In this document: piece after piece, positions 39,734-54,584 of the stretch
Position numbering within the stretch: position 1 is the stretch's first letter
Layout of the letters: each line of letters starts with the position of its first letter
Source of the DNA: Octopus sinensis
Lineage: Eukaryota
Assembly: GCF_006345805.1 (NCBI RefSeq)
Contig: NC_043013.1
Span: 57,040,001-57,104,000 of the forward strand
Direction of reading: 5' to 3'
Length of the DNA stretch: 64,000 bases
The notes under the pieces: generated by a model
What the model saw: only the letters and a program-made list of their open reading frames with translations
The model's database searches: none
Told to the model about the DNA's origin: nothing
Position numbers and translations under genes: made by a program

Positions 39734-41119
39734 ATATATATATTGTGTGTGTCCTCCTCTCCACATCATATGCTAGTTGTAAATGAGCAACATGGTCTAA
39801 TAAGGGATGTCATTTGCTTCCAATCACCCGTGTAAATGTTTCTGGCCTTAGAAAGGCAATACCTTGCTCTGTAAAATCGTAATAGCTGAGAGTTTGTACA
39901 AGGAAAGGCATCTGGCTCCAGAATGTCTGCAAGCAAGCAAGTTTCGTGTATCGTGTATTTGTGTGTGCACGCTTGTGTGCGTGTGTGCATGCGTCTGTGT
40001 ACATATGGGCTGATGCTGTGTTTACAGTTTTAGGTCTTATAAATTAAGAGTTATTAGAATAAAATAAGTGCTTCAACATGGACGCAGAGTAATGTCTGAA
40101 CCCAGTAAAGGAAAGAACAAAACTTAACATTTTAGTCAGCACTCAATGCGAACCTGGAGTGCTAAGTTCACAAGCTGCTATTTATAAAAGCTAATCTATC
40201 GATGAGCCATTACCGTTCCCCCAGCACCTCATTAATGGCGGTTGTTGCTGTTTTTGTTGTTGTTGGTGGTGATGGTTTTGATAGGTTTAAGCTGCATCTT
40301 CTTATCTTTTCTCTTTTTCTGCCCATAAACCAAACAACCATGAATCTGCTGCTCAAAGCGTTCACTTATTTAATTCTCTCATTTCGGTTTACCTTTGTGA
40401 TTCTCTTTTTCTGTTTGCTTTCTGTATACGTATTAGGCAATGGCATTATACACTGCTCTGTTCAAGGAAAAACAGCACCTCTCCTGAGTCTTTCTTTCTA
40501 ATCTGTGTTTCTGCATCTAACATGCTAGCTGATTATTTATTTAAACTAATAACCACCTATTTCCAGTGCAGTTAATACATCTATAAACAACAAATCCAAT
40601 TATGGGCCATAAATTATCTATTAAAACTGACTCTCTTTTGCAGCAACACTTATCAGGCTGTAATGCAATCAGGAATTTTATTGTTATTAAATTTGTTAAG
40701 GGAAATTGGTAAATTTGGACATTTAATGGAAATAATTCATAAAGACCCACTCTTTTGTTACCGTTTTAGTGTTGTTTTGAGGCGTGGCATGTGCTGTAGT
40801 ATTCTTGGCTCCGTAAAACTGACACCTGGGGACATTTCTATTTTCCAGTGCAAATTCCACTTTGGTAAATGTGGACATATACAGGAAATGATAAATTCTT
40901 TGTCAATAATTCTGAGTTATAATTGTGATTTAAAACATTTTAATTCAATTCCCAGGTGAAAATTTATAGTGTGTAACGTTCTTTTGGAAAGAATAAATAT
41001 CACCTGTTCACATACATCACTTCTTTAAATAATTTTTGGCAATAGATAACTTTATTGTCTTACAGCTTCATCAATGAATTTAAGGAGAATTAATGAAGAA
41101 AAGAAAGACACCGGATGGG

Positions 41120-42139
41120 CAGGATCATTACAAGAATCACTAAAAGATTGAGTTCTGAGTTGAAAAGCCATTGAGAGCGACTTCATCTTTATAGATGTAG
41201 TCATCATTTTCTTCTTCTTCTTCTTCTTCTTCTTCTTCTTCTTCTTCTTCTTCTTCTTCTTCTTCTTCTTCTTCTTCTTCTTCTTCTTCTTCTTCTTCTT
41301 CTTCTTCTTCTTCTTCTTCTTCTCTCTCTCTCTCTCATCCTCTCTTTCTCAGAATCGGTTTCCCTGCTCTGTATGGAGGACCAATCACAGCATTCATTTC
41401 TTCCAAGAAATAAGTCCTTAGTAACTTTCCTTCATCTAAACAGACTACACAAATATCCTAAATAATTCAGAGAAACGGATTTTTGACGGCAGTGGATGAA
41501 CCAATATGATGTATCTGATCAGTATGGTGCCATTAGATTAGATAAATAAACAAACAAACAAAGCCGTTAGCTTCACCAAGAAAACAATGAGGTTTGGTCA
41601 AGAAGAATCTCTGAAGCAATTCCTTGAACCCATTCGAAGCAATTTGTTTTTTACATAAATCAAAAATGTACTGAAGAAAGCGCCGAACAGACACAACGTC
41701 ATTCTGCTCTACGTCTAATAAATTTGAGGCCTTGTATTCACTACCATCACCACTGTTACCAAGACCATTACTACTGCTGCTGCTATTCTGACTTGGAATT
41801 AAGGATGGCTTGGTAGCATGTAGTATGTCCTTGCTAATTGATTTATATACGTCGGGAGTCACAGGTAAATATAGGCACCTTTTCTGTGCTCCTTCACGTA
41901 GCATAACATTTAAGAGTGAAGAACCGGAGAGAAGAGAAAAGAACTGCATCGATATGTGATCAGACTTGAGCAATGTGAAATGTAGCGCCTTGCGGGAGGA
42001 CAAAATGCACTCCTCCCTTGGCTCAAGAATGAAATTTATAGCGTTTTGATAGTAAGACCTGCATCATAACAACCAGATCATGACCTTCACAGATTTCCAG
42101 ACCTGTTTCAGTACTCTGATCTGTCGTATTTACGTGTAG
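41120..42139 (-). pseudogene. Unidentified coding-like segment (exon or decayed gene); stop-free frame about 41533-42066
   Basis: About 177 stop-free codons of non-repetitive sequence with a Ser/Gly linker; protein-like reading continues upstream after a 1-nt shift and downstream past stops; family not recognised. Confidence 0.4.
41208..41322. repeat. (TTC)n microsatellite
   Basis: Direct reading. Confidence 0.95.
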
Positions 42140-44717
42140 CTGTTATTTCGGGAAATATCAGTTGATATTTAACAAGTATATGTTTAAATTGGCAAGTATA
42201 TTATATTGGTGAGTAAACTTAACATTAACTCAAGGAAACAATTTTCATTGAAACCCCGGGCAACATGTTTGATTATAAAACTCAATATTGAAACCTTATG
42301 GTTATGAGTCACTGGAAGCTTAAATATTACTTTATGAACATGTTCGACACTTAACATTTTTGACAGGCAAACACTTATTCAACGGTTTGTTCATCAAAAT
42401 TAAGCGAGAGATATTGTTGACAAATATTCTTCATTGTTAAATATTTTTGCTAAATACCTGCTCGTTAAATACCCAGTGACTAAACGGTTTTGATTCGTTA
42501 AGCACCTGGTAACTGAAGGATTTTGACTGGATCTAGTTAATACCTCAAAACAGTTATATAAACACTTTGCGACTGATCACTTTAATCATAAACCTTGTAG
42601 CTAAATACCAGTTGTTTAATTAAACACCTGGTAACTGAAAAATGTCTTATAAGCCAAGAGAGAGAGAGAGAGAGAGAACCTCTGCATTGTTGCTTAGACT
42701 GCTTTAAAAAAGAAACCAAATTTCCTGCATATGACTCGTGCTGCCTTAAAACAGGAAGGACGTATTAAAAAATGCAACCCTAAACACATTCTTCTTTTAA
42801 GAAGAAAGAGTGGAGTGCCACTGACAGCGTACCCTTGAGCGTAGGTCAACCTGATCAGCGATCAGTCTGACTTAGAGCTTAAACAACCATAGCAACATCA
42901 ATTCTTTTAACTATTCTAAGTGTTACTGTTAGAACGCAGCAAGAGAACTTAGAAATCTGAAGTACTTTAACCAAAATATGGAAAAACTCAATCTTTTGGA
43001 GACGTATTGTGCCGAAGTGTAAGGTGACTAGAGACCTGACTGGAGAACAAGTTTATGTATTTCTTTAAAGATCATTTAGTTTTATTTGAAGTTCCCTGAT
43101 GCCTATTTGAAGAATATTTATGTGAACCTAATGGCAATAAATGAATGCAAAATGGGAAACTGAAGACAAAAAAAATATATTAAAATACATAAACAGATAA
43201 CACATTGTTTGAAGTTTTATGTCCTTCAAACACAATCATTTCTTTTTCTCTCTCATTCGTGGGTTTCACTCATTATTTATGCTTCTCACCGTTTCTCTTT
43301 ACTCATTATTCAGTGTTTTTTTTCTTTGATGTCATTCACCCGTCCTTGTAGTTCCTTGAAACCTCCCTTATTATCTATGTTTATATTTGTAAAGTTACTT
43401 TCATTTCTATCTAAATCTACTCAAAGACAGAAGCAAGGAAGCAACTGTCAGAATTCATCTCAGTGTCTTTTACCAGAATAAAAAAGAAAATAAAACAAAG
43501 AAACCCGTACGCAGATAGATTTTGAAATTTGGAGTTAAATGCTTTTCAATAATATATTTAGGAAAATAGCGAGGAGCTCTATTGTTATATGATTTACTTC
43601 ATCTTCCCTCCACATGCTGACACTCGTAAAAAAAAAGGTCAGTATTATGTTTCTTAAGGTTTTAGTAACAGCTGCTGCCGAGGTACTTTGAACGGAGTTA
43701 TTAAATGTTTTAATGCCATTAAGTGCCTTTTATCTAAAAAGAAATGAAAAAATTAAATATATGGCAAAATGATAAGAATTTTATTCAATTTTAAAATAAT
43801 GTATTCTAATTTAGACACAATGCTTAGCAATTTTGCAGGGTGTGGTTTAATTGACAACATCGATCTGCCCCCCCCCCACCAATACTTTATTTTATTGACT
43901 CCGAAAGGATAAAGCTAAAGATGACTTGGGCGGGATCTGAGCTTAATATATAAAGACAATAAATTCTGAAAAGGCTTTCTGACGATCTAACATTTCCGCC
44001 ATATTTAATTCATTTTGAAAGAAATAAAATTCTATAAAGCTTTGTAAAAGCTCTTATTACTGTTTTAGTTGTTATTGTTTACTACTAGGTAGACACTAAT
44101 AAAAGAAAAAAGATTGCCTTTTTCTATATCAGGGAAATTGTCCAAAATATCTATTATTTAAGATAGTAAGACTTAATTTTACAGAAATTAGCTGCTATGT
44201 CTAGCAATCCAGTGGCCTTTTGAATTAATTCAATGAACTGTTGGCGTTTCAATATGTTTTTATTAAAATTCTCTCAGTGAGTGAACCCAATACATGGAAA
44301 ATAAAGCAGGATGTTATCACCTTCTGACATCAGGATTGTGGTCGATACTTGTGTACGGAAGATTACAAAAATGTGTTAAAGGCTGACATCTATGCATGGG
44401 AGGTTAAGAAAGAGGGGGAGATCACTCTGCTGAACAGAACATACATTTAGAAATTAGGTGAGAAGTAAGAGTCTGATAGGGATGGAGTTCACCAAACTCT
44501 CTGAATTTCTAAACCAAGTGTCTGAGGTGTTCAGTCGCGATTCAAAAATTTGCTTCATTATCTCTGAGTTGCAAGTTCAACCTTTCTGTGTAGCATCTTG
44601 AGCAAGTATCTCGTAGCATCTATTTGAGTGAACATTTGTTGGAGCAAAAATGATAAAAAGAAACCGTATAGAAGGTCATTAAACAGATTGTATGTGTAAT
44701 TTCAAAGATCAACTTTA

Positions 44718-44759
<42 letters not shown>

Positions 44760-44879
44760 TGTGCCTGGTTGTGTCTAGATGAGAATCATGTAAAAGCTAT
44801 GCCTAACTGTGGTACAGCTCATAACATTCATCGTAATTCTTTAATCACAAGTAAATTCTTTAATCAGGGAGTTTAGTCA

Positions 44880-45300
44880 ATGGAACAAGAGAATATCCAT
44901 TGTGGAAACTGACGGAGATTCATTTGACTCTGTCCAGTAAGTGCCAATGTGAATCTTCCATAATGAAAAAGCACAATATCTTTTGGTATGTTCTTTATTA
45001 TGACCCTCAAATCCAAGGTTCACCTTGTACTGAGACCTCCATAGGGTTCCTCACTATGCTAGAAATAGCAGTTAAATTTCTCCTTCATGCTATCCTATTG
45101 TCTTGCAAAAGGCTAAGTTTAGCGGAATTAATGTAATATAATGGATTCACAGTGTCTGATGGGGTGGTCATGGCTGAAATACTTTCCAGTAGAAGGTTGT
45201 TCAATGAGCGCCGACCTGGATCTATACAACAGTTCGTAGATGAATACATAATTGACAAACCACATTGAATACTATCGACAGAAAACGAATCAATACACAT
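44880..45300 (-). pseudogene. Possible decayed piggyBac transposase
   Basis: ..TVNPLYYINSAKLSLLQDNRIA*RRNLTAISSIVRN.. loosely matches V..DNYYTS..L..NLTAxGTVRxN. Confidence 0.25.
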
Positions 45301-46379
45301 AAAACAAATGCCTATGTGGAAGTTTGACCTTCTAGAAATACCAGATAATCTTCCTTATGCCACACTTTATGGTCATGAACAAAAGATGAACACACTGAAC
45401 GTATTAACCGCGTGCGTACACGTACACACTCACACACACACATGTACCTAACTTGTTCTTTAATCTTATCTTGATGTAACCGAGACGTGGGGATCACATT
45501 TGGAACGCCATTTAACTTGAATCTTCAGAGCTGACCATTTTAAACACCATCAACTAAGGTACTGTTACACCTTTATAATAGAATTGAAACTGATAAACAA
45601 GAAGGCAAAAGGAGGCTTTCATTCCTCGCCACAAACTCCATACACGTTCTCTTCTCTTATGTTTCATTTTTTTCCACCAGTCATTATTAACTTCTCCTCT
45701 CACTGTTCTGCGAATGACACTTTACATTACAAGAAAATGTCGCCATTCAAATTTAGAGATGTCAAGATGGGGAAAATATGCAAAAAACTAAATAACGACT
45801 GAAGAAGAATTGAAAAACGAATTCAAAGAAATAGTAAATATATTATCATCGAGGGAGTCATAATATTTATGAAGACATGTTTTTTAGGAATATAAATGCC
45901 ATTAAACATCTCCTTATTTTATTGGCTCACGTAAATATTTCTATCTTTAATATACTGCAGCAGTAAGATGAATGTTAAACTGTTATCAGCCAATAAAACT
46001 ACCGTATTATATAATTGTAATACGATACATACATGCATACACACACACACACGTGTGAGTGTGTAAGCATATTTATGTATGTATGTGTATACATGTGTGT
46101 GCATGTATGTGTATGAATGAATGTAGGGGTATATAACTGAATGGAAAGCCGAAAACACAATAGACTAGATCTATATGTTGGTACCACTAATATACATAAT
46201 GATAAGCAAATTCGTGGAAACTGCTGGGCAATTTCCCGCTTAGCGGTAGAGGGAAATATCTATTCAGTTGGAATTTTGACCAAAGACAATATCTTGACAT
46301 CACGAGACAGATGTAAACGAGTGTCACTGTTATAGTAGCGACATCATTTTTTTCTAATCTTTTCATGGAAAAGAAATCT

Positions 46380-46535
46380 GGTCATGGATAAATATTCCCT
46401 GGTTTCGAAACGAACAAGGATTTGTGATAGAAAGAGCATCAAATGGTAGAAGAAAACGAGCCACACCATTTCGCCTGACCCAACACCATTTCGCCTGACC
46501 CAACGAAACATGGAGAAAATGGACGTTATAAGCTT
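46380..46535 (+). mobile_element. RTE-type 3' terminus with a 20-bp tandem duplication
   Basis: CACCATTTCGCCTGACCCAA x2, then CATGGAGAAAATGGACGTTA and a triplet tail. Confidence 0.45.
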
Positions 46536-47597
46536 GATAATAATATTGCTGTTGCTGTTGCTGATGATGGTAATGATGATGATTATGATGATGTTATATG
46601 CGCTTTTCTGGAGTGGAATTGAATTCTTCCAGTTGATATTACGTGGCGGAAAGACTTTCGCTTGTCTGTTGTCATAGCGACAGCTGCTTCTGTTGCTGCT
46701 GCTGAGTGTCCTGTTGTTGTATTACACTTGTTACTGTTATTGATTGTAATTTTCTGGCGTTTTATTACTAACGTTGCTCTCAATAACATTGTCGTTATTG
46801 TTGCTTCTGAAGATGTTTCCATTGTTATTGTTTATAGTGTTGTACTTACATACACACACATGCATACATAATACATACACACACATACATACAGACAAAC
46901 ATGCATAATACACATATACACATAGGTACGTACACACGCATATACATAATACATACATACACACATACATACATAACACACATACATAACATACATACAC
47001 ACACACACACATACACACACACACACACATACATGTTCCTAGATTGTTTTCCTTTTGTTGTTGCTACAATTGTTTTTGACGTGTTTGTTGTTTTACGCAA
47101 ACATTTTTGATTAAGTTGTTGCCATTAATGCTGCTGTTGTTGTTGTATGTTTCGATTGTTGTAACCGTGCTTCATTTTCCTATTGTCAACTCCAAATTAT
47201 GTCTGTCTCATTGGTGTTGCTCTTCTTACAATTTTTCTTCTTATTGTTTATTTATTTTGGTTTTAATTGTGGTGCTTCCGATGTTATTGTTGTTTATTAT
47301 TTTCTGTTATTGCTTACGTCATCTCGTTTCATTTTCTTTCACACGTTGTTTATTTAATATTTACTTATATTTGCCTTTTTTCTTATATTCAATATTTATT
47401 TATATTCAGTATTTACTTTTATTTCTTTTATTTATATATTTCATGCAGTTGCCGTCTCAATTAATGCATTAAAATGTAGGAACCAATTATTTCTTTCATT
47501 TTAATTTTTTTCCTTCTCTCTATCAATATTTCTGTCCGCCTTTCTTTTCCCTTCTTATTTTTTGTTCATTTTTAAAAACTGGGGAAACACACACACA

Positions 47598-47638
<41 letters not shown>

Positions 47639-47701
47639 ACATACACACATATAATACATATATATATATATATATACATACTTAGATATGTGTGTATATT
47701 T

Positions 47702-47747
<46 letters not shown>

Positions 47748-48146
47748 TATGTGTATATGTGCGTGTGTGTGTGTCTATACACGTTCACACACACACCCAA
47801 ACACATACATATAAGCGTAAGTGCGACTATAAAAACAGCATGAAATTAAATATAACCTCATAAAGAAAAAACAAATTGAAAAATCAATTATCAAAATATA
47901 TAAAAATAAGAAATAAAATACAAAAAGCAACCAACAGGCAAAGAAACCGATTAATAAAGATCTAAATAAATATGCACGTGTATACAAGCCAATGTATTAT
48001 TATATACAAATACATGCATAAACACCCGCACGTACATACACTTATATATGCATATGAATATGTGTGTGTTCGTACATATGCATATGTGTATCGGGATGTA
48101 TATTCATACCTACATAGGAATCTATACGCATAAGCACGTTCCTGTG

Positions 48147-48213
<67 letters not shown>

Positions 48214-48304
48214 GTGTGTATACATACATACATATATACATACATACATATATACATACATACATACATGAATACATACATACATGCATACATACATACA
48301 TATA

Positions 48305-48335
<31 letters not shown>

Positions 48336-48921
48336 CATATTTAAACACAGAAAGATACACATGTGAACACCGACACACCATTTCACACAAACAAACTACG
48401 TAGGTGGAGGGGAAAAATTGTGACAAGAATATTTTCATAGAGTTTTGTAGAATTGGACAAACAAGAGTGCTTCTACAAAGTGATACAAATTATTTTATTT
48501 TTCCATCTCTGTTTTTTTTTCCCGAGTTTCTTGTATTAATTTTATTCATAACGGACACCAAACAACAAATATAATGAAGAAAATCAGCAACAGAATAGAA
48601 AATGGAACAACAAACAAACATGATATATCTGTTTGTAAATTAGCTTCTATGAAAACTATTGATTTCTTTGGCTGAATATAAATCGAATCTATTTTATGAA
48701 AAGAAGTAAACCTCCAATAAATTTGGAATAAGGGACAGATTCTTCGTAACTGGGTCTGTTGTGCCATCCATTCCTTTACAGTCTCATGTGTCAAATATTA
48801 TTGGTTGACTGAAAAAGTAAAAACACCCAATGAAAATTTCTATGACAGAATGAAACCAGGTGTCTGCGTTGGGGTGGGGTAAAGTGTGAACACTTGCTGT
48901 GTACGTGTGTGTGTTTGTATG

Positions 48922-48965
<44 letters not shown>

Positions 48966-49279
48966 ATATGCATGTATATATGTGTATCCCTAAGTTTGTG
49001 TGTGAACCCACCACCGATTAACCACTAGTTTTGGTGAGTTTACGTTCCCCTAACTTAAGCGATTGGGCAAAAGCAACCGATAGAATAAGAGCTAGGCTTA
49101 AAAGTAAATACTAGGGGTGATTCTTTCGATTGAAGTCTTCAAAGCGGTGCCCCAGCATGGCTACAGTCGAACATTTAAAAAAATACAAGAATATATGATT
49201 AACAATTTTTTCTAAAGGAAACATGTCTATTCTTGTAGCCTAGATCTTTGATTCCCAAGAACAAATGAATTATTCAAAG

Positions 49280-49610
49280 AAATCTTAAACTACTGCGAAA
49301 CCTTATCAAGAGGGTTAAAAAAAAAAACAGGGATTCCATATTGAAGCGGTTTGGTGTATAAATTGAGTGAGTTTGTGTTTTGTCTCCGAATTCACTAAAT
49401 CGCTGCTGTTATTTGCCAGATCTGGCATTTTCATGGGAGTTCTGTTCCTTTTCGACTGAGCAATATTTAACGTTAACATTTCAGTCGTTGGCACACAATT
49501 TCAGTTTCTTGGCATGACTTCTCTGCTATCAGTTCGGCGATGAATTTCACCAGAATTCAAAGAATGCCAAACAGTAGTCACAACCGTTTCTGTTATAACT
49601 TCGATTTAGA
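49280..49610 (-). pseudogene. Possible decayed mariner transposase N-terminus
   Basis: Antisense AEKSCQETEIVC..LNVKYC..ENARSG resembles the mariner HTH (AAETARNIC..EDxPRSGRP). Confidence 0.25.
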
Positions 49611-49911
49611 AATGTGCTATTGCTTTACCTCAATCTGGTCACTGCTAATAACCTCACCTCTCATATGAAATTCTATTTTGAAAAATGTAAAGAGTGATAA
49701 AAATAAAAGAACGTTTATATTTAAGAAAAGAAAAGAGTGTAGAGCAGACTTCGTAATGGTGACCTGTCCTATTTTCTTCCATTTGAAGCATTAACCACCA
49801 CTCGAACTTTTTAACTTTCCAGTATGATTTGCATATTGAAAAACTGTTGGATAATCGTGATTTAATTATTCTACAACATCTCAAGTTGATTAACATTGGC
49901 CCTATTCAATA

Positions 49912-50145
49912 TATTTCTTTACTGCCCACAAGGGGCTAAACATAGAGGGGACAAACAAGGACAGACAAACGGATTAAGTGGATTACATCTACCTCGGTGC
50001 GTAACTGGTACTTAATTTATCGACCCCGAAAGGATGAAACGCAAAGTCGACCTCGGTGGAATTTGAACTCAGAGCGTAACGGCAGACGAAATACGGCTGA
50101 GCATTTCGCCCGGCGTGCTAACCACTCTGCCAACTCACCGCCTTA
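49912..50145 (-). mobile_element. Full-length tRNA-derived SINE with a 17-bp target-site duplication
   Basis: ATTGGCCCTATTCAATA at 49895-49911 and 50146-50162; antisense A-box TGGCAGAGTGG and B-box GAGTTCAAATTCC. Confidence 0.92.
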
Positions 50146-53100
50146 ATTGGCCCTATTCAATAATGGTTCACAACTGCTCGTTGTGAATCACAAAATATCG
50201 TCCGTAGTGTTTATCGTCAATGATCTTGTATCACTGCAAAATACTTGAAACAGTGATCAAAAGTTTCGTTCACGTTGGGTCTAGTTTTCACTGACTTTAA
50301 TTCTATTTCGAACTCATACAATAACATCACCTAAATTTGCTTTCTGTTTTAATAGAACGTAACATCAATGGATCGAAGTAGCATGTTAAAACTACATATC
50401 AAAAGAAAATAGTCAAATAAAAGTTTATTCAAAAATGAGCAACAAAAGTTTAAGCTAATAAATAACACATATTTTGCGTGATATTATCATCACAGGTTAT
50501 GCAAACCAACGTCTGGAAAGTGTGCTCAGTAAAGGATAGGCAGCTTGTAAAAGCATACATACATACACAACTACACACACACACACACAGATATTTACAT
50601 ATTTGCATATATATTCAGATACATAGAGACATACACATATATATATGTCTATATATATATACATAAACATTGCATAGTACGAAGTACATACGTACATACG
50701 TACGTAGTACATACATACGTGTGTACATACATACACACCCACGCACGCACACACACATATTTACATATACGCATACATATACAGATACATAGAGACAGAC
50801 ACACATATATGTATGTATATATATATATTTATAAACATGCATACGTACGTACGTACATTCATACTTACGTACGTACATACATACTTTGTGCGTGTTTGGA
50901 ACAAGTAAAAAGATTGTATGAGAATCTTAAAGAAAATTTATGTCGTAAATGCCAAGAGCAGTGATGATGGAAGTATTGAAATATAAAAACAATATTGAAA
51001 TACGAAATATTTTGATATGCTCTAGATGTGCGGTTATGTTAGAAATGCATCAACTAGTTAGTACACGTGTGTCAACTAAGTAATATCAGAACAAGAATTG
51101 AAATAAAATAGAAAACAACATCGAACAAGATCGAAATTTGCTGGGAAAAAAATATAAAGTACTGCAATACAATAATTAAATGATTCAGAGATGTCGTCCG
51201 CCTGACAAACAATAAACAAGTTATGAAAACAAATGGTGAATCTTTTTGCTTAGTGATTCAATTGATCTCAAGTTTGGCAAGTACTGAGTGAAGGTCATAC
51301 TTGGCTGATCATATCAGAATAAGACAGTCTCCACTATTTGATGGAAATATGAAAATAATATTAGCTGCTCGCTAATTCTTTTTTTTCTTTTATCATCTTT
51401 TAAATTTATTTTTAGTTAGATTTTGAATGCTCTATTTATTATATATGTCGGAACTAACTTCTTTATTGTTTTTCGTGTGGATGGCATTTCTGAATAATTC
51501 AATTCTACTTTCCTCTGCCAACAGATTGTACAACTGTGTACGTTTATTAAGTGATTCACTCTAGATAACCTCAGTAAATTCTGCCAGGTTATTCTTTACT
51601 GATGAGGTTAGAATAAGATCATTATCTTGTCTTGAGTTGTTTCCCTTGTTAGAACACTAAACTGAAAAATAAGATTCGCTGCTTAAGAATGCTTTGTCGT
51701 TTCTTCTGGCATATTTATTACTTCGTTTATTTTCAAGGTGATGTGTATTAAATATGTTAGCACTAACCTAACTATAATATAATAACCTGCAACGATAGTA
51801 ACTGGAAAATTTCTTTGGCTCACGGTGGACTTTCTTTATGTCAAACTTATAAAATGTTTCAGTAGAATTAAGCACAAAATTCTTGGCTCTTCAGTCGCTT
51901 TTGTACGTTTTTGCTGATTAAACAATAAAAATATAACATAATTATAGGTTGAATTCCCTCTCTCCTGTTTGTTCTTTCAAGCCTATCAACATACATATAT
52001 ATACATTCATTCATACATACAAAACATGCACACACAAACCTCACACACATACACACACATATATACACATACGTGTATATGTAATCTTTTCTCCTTCTCT
52101 CCATTACCTATTTCTCATTTCACTTCGGTAGGGTCGAGGGTTAAACGTGCCTGGATCGCACAGTTGGTTACTATTTAACTAGAAACCATTTGGTGTGAAT
52201 GCAGTGTTTTTAAACTCTGTATGCATGTATGTATATTTTTGCTAACGTCAGGTATTTTTTCAGAGAGTGACAGTATTCAATTAAAACTACAAATTTCACT
52301 TTAAAATTTCGGTTAAATGATGTTTTCCTTTATTTTATGTTTCTTATATCAGTTGAAGCATTAATATTTTATAGTTTAAAGCTTCGTTATTCTCGAATAT
52401 TTTTCTTTTTGCTTTCAGGATTGTAACTTATTTTACTGACTTGTTTTTTATTTATGCGGTTTCTCATCTTCCTTTACTTCGTTATATATAGTTTATAATT
52501 TTATATTTTTTGTTGTTTTATTGTGCTTTTCTCGGTTTTTGCTGTGTATCTTTCTCACAAGCTAAGTAAATAAACAGTACAACTTTCTGTTAGATAATAA
52601 AAAATTTAACTATATGGGAGAAACACTTTTCCCTCTCCTACATTACGTTGTCCCAGTTATTGTTGTTGCCGTTGCTATTGTTCCGAAGGATTGACATGAT
52701 GAGTGACAGATGTCCGGCAGAATATATTGAAGAATTTAGTTGCTTCCTCTTTACCTTCAGACTTGAAGCAATGACGGTGATTTTTCAGAGATCGATAGAA
52801 TACATAACAACCAAATACAAATACCATTAGAATTACCAATCGCTCACTTAGGGGTTAGTGTTCAATTTCGAAGTTATTATTTGGTATTCGCTATAATTTA
52901 TCAGAATTTGTTCCACCTCTTTACGTTTTGAGTTCAAATCATGCTGAACTAAAATTTGAGAATAATTGGTCGCCCAAAATATTTAAAAAAATGAAACAAA
53001 GGACATTTGTTGGAACCTAACGCATGACCAAATACGCAGCGTACCTATTGGTTTAGATCACCAGTGAAATAAACCCCTCATATTCTTTATATATAATAAT

Positions 53101-53147
53101 AATAACAATAATAATAATAATAATAATAATAATAATTTAAAAAAATA

Positions 53148-53198
<51 letters not shown>

Positions 53199-53216
53199 TT
53201 AGATGGGTGTTAAATA

Positions 53217-53256
53217 ACCACCTAAGGGATATTATATATCCGAAAAATTTACTGGT
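53217..53256 (+). ncRNA. Decayed minimal hammerhead vestige
   Basis: ACCAC CTAAG GGATA ttata TATCC GAA AAATTT A CTGGT: stems retained, CUGANGA core damaged. Confidence 0.4.
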
Positions 53257-54536
53257 TTTTATTACCTGTATCAATAACAATGTTACGAACTATCGTACTT
53301 AACAAATAGATAACTAAATAAAATAAACATTCAGTTTATCAATATATAAATATGAATTAGAAACGGAAACCAAAACAATAAATTGAACAAATAAATAATT
53401 TAATAATTAAAGGATAAGCTCAATTCAATTTAATTATTTTATACAAACAAGTGACATCTCATAAATTACGGCTGTTTCCACTACATTAATAAAACCAAGT
53501 TTTTCAAGAATAATAAAATCTCGTTTAAATATAATGAGGTTTCATCAGATCGACATACATTCTTAAATATTTCACGAAAAAGAGCAACTGAAAATTTTTA
53601 TAACTGCTAACGCTTTTCAAAAATAAAAAAATGCGCTTTTTGAGATCGTGCTTAATCATAAATAAATAATCTAACTGAAATTACGTAAATTCCCAAATCT
53701 AAATCTATTAGTATCTAGTTCTATAACCGACTTTGTTGCATAATACACACATTCATATATACATATTTATATATATTTATAAATATATATATATATACTT
53801 ACACCTATCCATTTATGTATATATACATGCACACACAAGTACCTATATACACATGCATATTCACAAACGCATGTTTACTTATTCATCTATATGTATTTTT
53901 TTTACAATATGCGTACCTATACAATTCCATACACATGCATATATATTTATGGTAAAACATTATTTTATATAATAATTCAAATATAAATAATGGAATTTAT
54001 AATATAAATCCAATTTACAATTTATTTAAGTTATAGTTTAAAGTAGACACAGGGGTGATAACTATTTTTCTATTCATAGAAACAAAAACGAAAAACGAAA
54101 CTAACTCGAGACGGTCAACTAAAAATCAATTTAAATACAAACATACTACAAAAGTAAAGTAATACAATACAAACAAAATGTCTCGAATACGAGCAACGTG
54201 CCAAAACGAATTAAACAACAAATTAAACGTTATATATTCATATATACCACATTATTCATTCACTCACATACATATACATATCGATACATATAAACAAAAC
54301 GAAAAAACGAGACCAACTCTGTCCGGACGTAGAAAAACAAATTCTGTACATACATCAAGACCAAAGTAATACCAATATAAACGAAATGTCCCAAATACGA
54401 ACGGTGAGCCAAAGTACAAATTAAACAAGATAAATACTCTATATCTTCATGTGTATCACATTATGGGAAGCATCAAGTGTCTGTGTATATATATATATAT
54501 ATGTGTGTGTGTGTGCGTGTGTGTGTGTGTGTATCG

Positions 54537-54579
54537 CAGGAGTGGATGTGTGGTAAGTAGCTTGCTTACCAACCACATA
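54537..54579 (+). mobile_element. 5' head of a tRNA-derived SINE, truncated
   Basis: GCAGGAGTGGATGTGTGGTAAGTAGCTTGCTTACCAACCACAT. Confidence 0.65.
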
Positions 54580-54584
54580 CTTAA

